64,000 nt of DNA from a virus. Lineage: Duplodnaviria > Caudoviricetes. Below, piece after piece: positions 58,192 through 64,000 of this stretch; the first letter of the stretch is position 1, and every line of letters begins with the position of its first letter. The DNA is taken from positions 32,001-96,000 of IMG/VR virus record IMGVR_UViG_3300024346_000016; one strand, given 5' to 3'. The notes beneath the pieces are model-generated. The model made no database searches. It had not been told where the DNA came from and saw nothing but the letters and a program-made list of their open reading frames with translations. The position numbers were made by a program, and so were the translations under genes.

Positions 58192-58654
58192 TGGAGCTGA
58201 CGGGAGTCGAACCCGTGTCCAATGCGGTTACTTCAATGAATTCGTTTACAGGCTTAGTCCATTTTTCTAAAAAGACAAAATATAAAGTTTGATGTATGTA
58301 GGAACCAAACTTTCAAACAACCCGGTCTCGAAGTTATTTAGTAGAGCTCCGACCTGTTACTCCAACTCTTTCGCCCCCTGTATAGATCGTCCACGATCAG
58401 ATGCTCAAGGTCAGCCTTGACTGTTAAGGGAGCCACCTGGATTTGCTTTCACTTCTTCTTAAAGTCCCATGAGTGATACGGGAGCGATTAGGCAGCTACT
58501 GCTAAATCTGCACCTACGAAAGACATTGCGTCTTCGAAAGTCCAAGTTGACTTATTGTCAGTTATTGTTTGTATAGGTTATTAAAGAGTTTCCAATACTA
58601 ACTCCGCCTGCATTCAAAGAACTACGACCGCTTGTCAAATGCCAAAACAGCCCC
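58192..58654 (-). ncRNA. ssrA: Transfer-messenger RNA (tmRNA), about 463 nt
   Basis: 5' GGGGCTGTTTTGGCATTTGAC; 3' GGACACGGGTTCGACTCCCGTCAGCTCCA; acceptor stem GGGGCTG/CAGCTCC with the G3:U wobble (Ala identity); resume context ATAACT-GAC; tag ORF 58559-58488 DNKSTWTFEDAMSFVGADLAVAA*. Confidence 0.95.
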
Positions 58655-58734
58655 ATATTTTATAGTATAATACTAAAGAATTATCTATTTAGTCTTGAGC
58701 GACGTAAAATCTTTTCCAAAGTTCAATTATCCCT

Positions 58735-58742
58735 AATAAATA
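58735..58742 (+). promoter_or_regulatory. Late promoter AATAAATA
   Basis: 20 nt upstream of ATG 58763. Confidence 0.68.
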
Positions 58743-58762
58743 ATAAAAAAGAATTCGCCAAG

Positions 58763-60430
58763 ATGGCTGAAACACTTTCACCAACATACAAGCTTTTTAA
58801 AGGGCTAAGCACAAATGCTACCGAACTATACAGGGAGTCTGTGCAGTTTCTACAACAGAAATTTAAAACAAGCGGCGACATTTTTACGTTAGCTTCCCCG
58901 TTTGGTCAGCTTTTGATAGTTTTACATAACTTAACTGAGCTGATTTTATTCTATATAGAAGACTCGATTACTGAACTTAATATTTATGAGGCAAATCGCC
59001 CATCTTCAGTCTATTCACTAGCTTCACTATCTGGACACAATCCCAGCCGAGCTCTATCAGCAGTCGGCACGATTCAGGTTAAGCCAAGTTTAAAAGTAGA
59101 CTTTACTAAAATTCCAGGCAATAGATTAATTTTTACAAAATACATGAATCTTAATTGTGAAAACAATGGATTAAATTATGTAGTGGAAATGCCAGGAGAC
59201 GAAGCTCGATTAGATATGAAAGGTACGACTGGATTAAACTTTACAATTAGACAGGGTAGACTTCAGCAGCAAACCTTTGGTAGTACTGGAGAAGCCTTTC
59301 AAAGTTTACAATTAGGATATCCAAACAACTTTTTAATTGACCAGTTCCTAGTTAACGTCTATGTTAATGGAGAGCGCTGGGAAAATTACCAATCAATGCT
59401 AGATATTCCAAGAAATGGTAACTGCTATGTTTGTAAAACTGGTATTACTAATGGTCTTGATATCTATTTTGGAAATGGTTCATTTGGAAAAATTCCACCA
59501 ACTGGAGCTGAAATTATTGTTGAATATTTAATAACAGAAGGTGCAGTTGGTAATATTGTTACAGATGCCTTATCTGAATTAATTTTTACATTTACTGATA
59601 CTGCACTAAACACAATAGGTGAAGAGGTAACTCTTACTGATATGGTAACAGTAAGCTGTGTAAATTCGCCAAATTTTGGAACAGATCCAGAGTCACTAGC
59701 TTTAACTAGACTGCTTGCGCCAAAGGCAAGTAAAAACTTTGCACTGGTTAATGTTGATAATTATGAAGTCTTAATGAGAAAACTACAAATGTTTTCTTCT
59801 GTTAGGGTTACGCTAGATCCTGATGACAATCGGGTAATTAATATATTCTTAGTACCAGATATTACTAAAATATTTGCACGTGGAGTTGACTACTTCAACC
59901 TAATCGAGGATCGATTTAAGTTAACTGCATTCCAAAAAACAGAATTATTAAAATATATTAAAAAATCTGGAACCGAACTTATATCAACCACAGTTAGACT
60001 ACTAGATCCAACTCCAAAGAAATATGCTTTAAATATTAGTTTGGTTACATTTGCAGATTACGATAAAGATTCAATTAAGGGTCAAATCGTTGAACAAATA
60101 GGATCATATTTTGTTAATAACACACGTAAAGATCGTATTCCAAAGAGTGATTTAATTAAATTGGTCGAGGGAATCAGCGGAGTCGATTCAGTTAGTATTC
60201 AAATTATCGGTGAAGCAAATGAGGCATCTGCTATTAAAAATGCAAATATGGCAAATCCACCACTAGACGGACTAGATTCATTTAATGATATTATTATTAA
60301 GTCAAACGAGTTTGCAATTATTAGAGGCGGGTTTAGGGATAAAATTGGCAACGTTTATGAATCAGGCATGTCTGACGATAAGCTTTGTGCAATTAACATC
60401 TTCTTTAGAGATGAAACAAGATTAAACTAA
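58763..60430 (+). CDS. T4 gp6-like baseplate wedge protein
   Basis: SVYSLASLSGHNP.RA, VYVNGERW, IYFGNGSFGKIP..G..I.VEYL.TEG..GN, GTDPES..RLLAP..ALVNVDNY. Confidence 0.85.
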   Translation: MAETLSPTYKLFKGLSTNATELYRESVQFLQQKFKTSGDIFTLASPFGQLLIVLHNLTELILFYIEDSITELNIYEANRPSSVYSLASLSGHNPSRALSAVGTIQVKPSLKVDFTKIPGNRLIFTKYMNLNCENNGLNYVVEMPGDEARLDMKGTTGLNFTIRQGRLQQQTFGSTGEAFQSLQLGYPNNFLIDQFLVNVYVNGERWENYQSMLDIPRNGNCYVCKTGITNGLDIYFGNGSFGKIPPTGAEIIVEYLITEGAVGNIVTDALSELIFTFTDTALNTIGEEVTLTDMVTVSCVNSPNFGTDPESLALTRLLAPKASKNFALVNVDNYEVLMRKLQMFSSVRVTLDPDDNRVINIFLVPDITKIFARGVDYFNLIEDRFKLTAFQKTELLKYIKKSGTELISTTVRLLDPTPKKYALNISLVTFADYDKDSIKGQIVEQIGSYFVNNTRKDRIPKSDLIKLVEGISGVDSVSIQIIGEANEASAIKNANMANPPLDGLDSFNDIIIKSNEFAIIRGGFRDKIGNVYESGMSDDKLCAINIFFRDETRLN

Positions 60431-60432
60431 CT

Positions 60433-60678
60433 ATGCATAGAGATTCAATTTTTAGAAAATCCATTGAGAGAAAAGAAAATCGCCTATATTTAGGGTTTTC
60501 ATATAAAGATAAGATTATTGAAAAAACAGTATCTCCATATATGCTTGGAGTGTCTGCCTTTATGGATAGATTTTTATTAAAACTAGATGCAATAGTTTTT
60601 AACAATATTGAAGCGGTCAAAAAAATAAAAATATTTGCTAACCCAGCCCTGGATAAGAACACGACAAAACTAAACTAA
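60433..60678 (+). CDS. Small hypothetical protein (baseplate-associated?)
   Basis: 81-aa ORF tightly packed between the wedge and terminase genes. Confidence 0.6.
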   Translation: MHRDSIFRKSIERKENRLYLGFSYKDKIIEKTVSPYMLGVSAFMDRFLLKLDAIVFNNIEAVKKIKIFANPALDKNTTKLN

Positions 60679-60685
60679 AAGTCCA

Positions 60686-61411
60686 GTGATCAGCAAAGAG
60701 AAGAAAACACAAATAAAAAACGAACTCGAAAGCTTTTTGAGCTCATATTCTGGAGATACTTCAGAATATGATATAGTCGACGATCGTTTTAACGAACTTG
60801 AACAAAATCCACCAATTGATTTTGAAGAAATGAGTTCAGGCTTCAAGACTAAAGCTCTTGAGATCACAGATTCCCTATTTAAATTTTATGTAGACTTAGG
60901 TTTAATTACTCAACATGATTACCTAAAACAAAAGAAAGACCTCGATAATATGAATATCGAGACTATGTTCTTTCAGCATAAAACTATTAAGATGGCGATT
61001 GAAAGAATTATGGAAGAAATAAACCAGGGTGCAGCGCATCCGCGGTTATTTGAAGTAATGTCTCAATTACAGGATCGTCTTACTATGGTTACTAAAACTC
61101 AAGCCAACTATATGCTTTTCCTAGAGGATACGTACAGGAAAATGCGTAGCGAAGTTGATTCAAGAGGAGACCAAGCCGGTCTACCAGCCTCTTCAGTAAA
61201 TGCAATTAAAGCTGGCGAATATTATGTCACAGCTGGAACCAAGAATATTATGAAAGAAATTCAAGGAGAAAAGAGTGATCAAGAGTTTGATAATAGATTA
61301 ACTAATCCAAACGAAAAAAATTCGCTAATGACTGAGCGCGGATTGGAACACTTAATTCAACGTGATGAAGGTGATGAAGATCTAAACTCAACCATTTTTG
61401 AAATTATTTAA
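60686..61411 (+). CDS. Putative terminase small subunit (gp16-like)
   Basis: AHPRLFEVMSQL resembles the gp16 PR..EV motif; helical; directly upstream of TerL. Confidence 0.62.
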   Translation: MISKEKKTQIKNELESFLSSYSGDTSEYDIVDDRFNELEQNPPIDFEEMSSGFKTKALEITDSLFKFYVDLGLITQHDYLKQKKDLDNMNIETMFFQHKTIKMAIERIMEEINQGAAHPRLFEVMSQLQDRLTMVTKTQANYMLFLEDTYRKMRSEVDSRGDQAGLPASSVNAIKAGEYYVTAGTKNIMKEIQGEKSDQEFDNRLTNPNEKNSLMTERGLEHLIQRDEGDEDLNSTIFEII

Positions 61412-61413
61412 GT

Positions 61414-63372
61414 ATGAAAGACTTTATATCATCGGGCGGTCGGACTAGCGTACAGCTATCTAAACTAGATGACACTGAAAATAGTTCAGTGTGGACTACT
61501 AAAAAGATTGATCAGCTACTAGCTGATTTTGAAAATGGTTTAATTGATATTAAAACTATCAAAAACTCTCCATTTAAAGACAATGACCCTGCTTGGAAAA
61601 AACCAAATTTAGTATTTGAATATTCTCCAGAAGAACTTGAAGAGATAAAAAAGTGTAAATCTGATGTGGTTTACTTTGCAAATAAGTATGCTCAGGTTTT
61701 AACTGAATACGGCGTTGAACAAATTATCTTACGTGATTACCAAGAGGAAATTATTAGAGGATTTGGCGCGAGCCGATTTAATATCCTAATGGCAAGTCGA
61801 CAAATTGGTAAAACCGTAATGTCTGGTGTGTTTGTTGCATGGTATCTTATTTTTCATACTGATAAAAATGTCCTAGCAGTTGCCAATATTGCGTCAACTA
61901 CCAAAGAGGTTGTTGATAAAATCAAATCTATTTTTGAAAATCTGCCATTTTTCCTAAAACCTGGCTGTATTTCAAATAACGTTATGTCGATGAAGTTCGA
62001 TAATGGCTGTAGATTAATTGGACGTACCACCACTAAAAATACAGGTATTGGTTTTACTATTCACCTACTATACATTGATGAGTTTGCGCATATTTCGCCA
62101 GCTTACCTAGATTTCTTTTATCGAGCAATTTACCCTACTATTTCTGCATCAACTACATCCAAGATTATTATTACATCAACGCCAAATGGAATGAACAGAT
62201 TCTATGAAATCTATATGGATGCACTAAATGGACTAAATACCTATGCTCCGCTTAGAGTTGACTGGTGGCAAGTTCCAGGCAGAGATGATAAATGGAAAGC
62301 TGAAACTATTGCAAACATGGGATCAGAAGAAGATTTTAACCAGGAATATGGATTGCAATTCTTTTCTTCAGATAGATTACTATTATCGTCAAAGGATCTT
62401 AAGAAAATATTTAGTATTGCAACCAAATACGAGGAACCTCTTAAAATCAATTGGGATCCAGAAGTACTTGCCTTAATGGAAGGTAATTTTACAGTCCACC
62501 CTAATCTAAAGGATTGGGACGAACAGGACTTTAGAAATTCTCCAGATCAATATGTATTTTCAGTCGATACAGCAGATGGAACAGGCAAAGACTTTTCAGT
62601 TATTAATATCTTTAAAGCAGTAGCCCTTCCAATAAAAACGCTAGAGCCAATTAAAAATCTAATTAAATCTGAATTAGACTGTATTTCTCTTGTACAGGTT
62701 GCAACTTGGCGAAGTAATCGACAAACCATTAATGAATATGCTCAAGTATTAGAATATTTAGTTTACAGACTATTTAATTTTGAAAATCTTAAAGTCCTAA
62801 TAGAATTAAACCACAAAGGGGACTTTATTTTGGATAAGATCTCAAGTAATGAACAATATTGGCCTGGCCAGTTAATCCACTCTAAACATACTGAAGCAAC
62901 TAAACTACTTAAACCAGGTCTTAAATTAAGTGTTACTAATAAAATTAAATTCTGCGAAAGATTTAAGTATCACGTTAACGTAAATAAGATTTTGCCAAAC
63001 GAAAGTAAAACCGTAATGGAACTCGGTTCATTTGGTAGATCAACCAATGGTACATACCGAAGCCAAAGCGGAAATGACGACTTAGCAATGACTTGCGTCA
63101 ACTCAGCGGCATTCTTTGACTCTCCAAGCTTTTTAGAGTTAGGTACAGAGGTTTGGGATAGAACTAGTGAAGAATATAAAAAGGCCGTAACTGAAACAAT
63201 TTTAAATTCAATTCAGGGAGACGGCTCATCCAAGATTACATCAGATTTAGTAGGTTATCTAAACGATACACCACAAATGAAAAAACCAGGACAAAGACAA
63301 GTGTTCGATGCAAATTACCTAGATTCATATAAGCAGACTTTGTCTGGATTTTATGGAGATCAAAAAAACTAG
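61414..63372 (+). CDS. terL: Terminase large subunit (T4 gp17-like)
   Basis: LRDYQ, Walker A ASRQIGKT, Walker B LLYIDEFAH, ITSTPNG, FNQEY, nuclease SVDTADGTGKDFS, NDDLAM. Confidence 0.95.
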   Translation: MKDFISSGGRTSVQLSKLDDTENSSVWTTKKIDQLLADFENGLIDIKTIKNSPFKDNDPAWKKPNLVFEYSPEELEEIKKCKSDVVYFANKYAQVLTEYGVEQIILRDYQEEIIRGFGASRFNILMASRQIGKTVMSGVFVAWYLIFHTDKNVLAVANIASTTKEVVDKIKSIFENLPFFLKPGCISNNVMSMKFDNGCRLIGRTTTKNTGIGFTIHLLYIDEFAHISPAYLDFFYRAIYPTISASTTSKIIITSTPNGMNRFYEIYMDALNGLNTYAPLRVDWWQVPGRDDKWKAETIANMGSEEDFNQEYGLQFFSSDRLLLSSKDLKKIFSIATKYEEPLKINWDPEVLALMEGNFTVHPNLKDWDEQDFRNSPDQYVFSVDTADGTGKDFSVINIFKAVALPIKTLEPIKNLIKSELDCISLVQVATWRSNRQTINEYAQVLEYLVYRLFNFENLKVLIELNHKGDFILDKISSNEQYWPGQLIHSKHTEATKLLKPGLKLSVTNKIKFCERFKYHVNVNKILPNESKTVMELGSFGRSTNGTYRSQSGNDDLAMTCVNSAAFFDSPSFLELGTEVWDRTSEEYKKAVTETILNSIQGDGSSKITSDLVGYLNDTPQMKKPGQRQVFDANYLDSYKQTLSGFYGDQKN

Positions 63373-63378
63373 TGAAGA

Positions 63379-63645
63379 ATGATTAATTTTGACTTAACTC
63401 GAGATAGAGATGTTATTTTTAGAAGAACTATCTCGGCAATTCAACTAGCAATAGAGAAGAATACTGATGTTGCTGAATTGCCAAATGTTAAAGTTGCCGA
63501 ATCCGAAATTGATGCATTTGTGTTAAGAGATGGATGGGAAGATGCAATTGAAAAAGCAAAAAAACACTTCGAAGAACTCGAAGATTATGAAATGTGTCAT
63601 ACATGTATGTCACTAATTGAGCAAATTAAAAATAACATTAACTAA
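63379..63645 (+). CDS. Small hypothetical protein with UVR-like C-terminal hairpin
   Basis: 88 aa; FEELEDYEMC..LIEQI. Confidence 0.55.
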   Translation: MINFDLTRDRDVIFRRTISAIQLAIEKNTDVAELPNVKVAESEIDAFVLRDGWEDAIEKAKKHFEELEDYEMCHTCMSLIEQIKNNIN

Positions 63646-64000
63646 TGCAAAGATCCACAAAAAGAAGAGGTACTTCTGCACAGTCGATTCCAGACTTGCT
63701 AAAACAGGTTTCACTAAAGCCTTCACAAAAAGACTATCTTGATACTATTCTAAATAATGATATAACTTTATGTTATGGACCAGCTGGAACAAGTAAAACG
63801 TTTGTAGCATGTTATGCTTCTATGAAATTACACACAGAAGACAAAATACAGAGAATAATTTTATCCAAACCAATTCAGGAATCTGGAGAAAAGCTTGGAT
63901 TTTTGCCAGGAGATATTAAAGAGAAAATCGATCCATTTATGGAAAGTTATCGAACTAACTTTGAAAAAATTGTTGGCTGGGATAACTTAGTTAAATTAGA
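63645..64000 (+). CDS. phoH: PhoH-family ATPase (runs off the window end; absent from the ORF track)
   Basis: TAATG start; ..SQKDYLDTILNNDITLCYGPAGTSKTFVA..RIILSKPIQESGEKLGFLPGDIKEKIDPFM. Confidence 0.93.
   Translation, partial: MQRSTKRRGTSAQSIPDLLKQVSLKPSQKDYLDTILNNDITLCYGPAGTSKTFVACYASMKLHTEDKIQRIILSKPIQESGEKLGFLPGDIKEKIDPFMESYRTNFEKIVGWDNLVKL

Noticed and set aside
58192-58225. Stand-alone tRNA gene suggested by the GGTTCGACTCC T-arm
   Set aside because: The matching acceptor strand lies about 460 nt away with a tag ORF between them, which is the tmRNA arrangement.
3525-58763. GCC(A/T)AG just before several starts (3525, 29973, 58757) as an alternative RBS
   Set aside because: Only three loose copies with variable spacing; not distinguishable from chance.
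4657-62729. Many 60-140 aa ORFs nested in or antisense to long genes
   Set aside because: Fully overlapped by well-supported genes, with no motifs or promoters; expected shadows of biased codon usage.
1-64000. Stop-codon reassignment, as in some jumbo phages
   Set aside because: The standard code already gives dense, uninterrupted ORFs up to 2079 aa, and TAG ends genes cleanly (25665, 63372).
1-64000. CRISPR array, rRNA, IS element, or bacterial chromosome/prophage context
   Set aside because: No regularly spaced repeats, rRNA, transposase or integrase seen. GroEL, PhoH and tmRNA are interleaved with T4-like virion and packaging genes.

Overview
This window is a 64 kb, AT-rich segment of a large T4-like (myovirus-type) jumbo phage, not a bacterial chromosome. 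From left to right it holds: a 3'-truncated phage GroEL and a PolB-type 3'-5' exonuclease (minus strand); a RuvC-like resolvase and a T4 gp55-like late sigma factor; about 50 kb of virion genes; a gp3-like and a gp15-like tail gene; a nucleotidyltransferase with a capsid-targeting-like leader; a complete phage tmRNA; a gp6-like baseplate wedge; small and large terminase; and a truncated PhoH. The virion block includes very large baseplate or decoration proteins, a gp14-like neck protein, two giant modular tail fibres with S74 chaperones, an adhesin ending in a Hint domain, and six LamG paralogues. A gp55-type late promoter (consensus (A/G/T)ATAAATA) precedes most structural transcription units, and four copies sit 5-6 nt from the ATG (probable leaderless mRNAs). 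The lack of Shine-Dalgarno sequences suggests a Bacteroidota host (inference). Strongest leads: (1) the receptor-binding locus at 35-55 kb, with a Cys-rich adhesin carrying a non-splicing Hint domain followed by a duplicated LamG cassette with swappable inserts; (2) the tmRNA with a 23-residue tag near the putatively packaged nucleotidyltransferase; (3) a thrombospondin-type-1-like domain, a cupredoxin-like site and an apparently dead amidoligase in virion-cluster proteins. All family calls come from motif recognition by eye; no searches were run.
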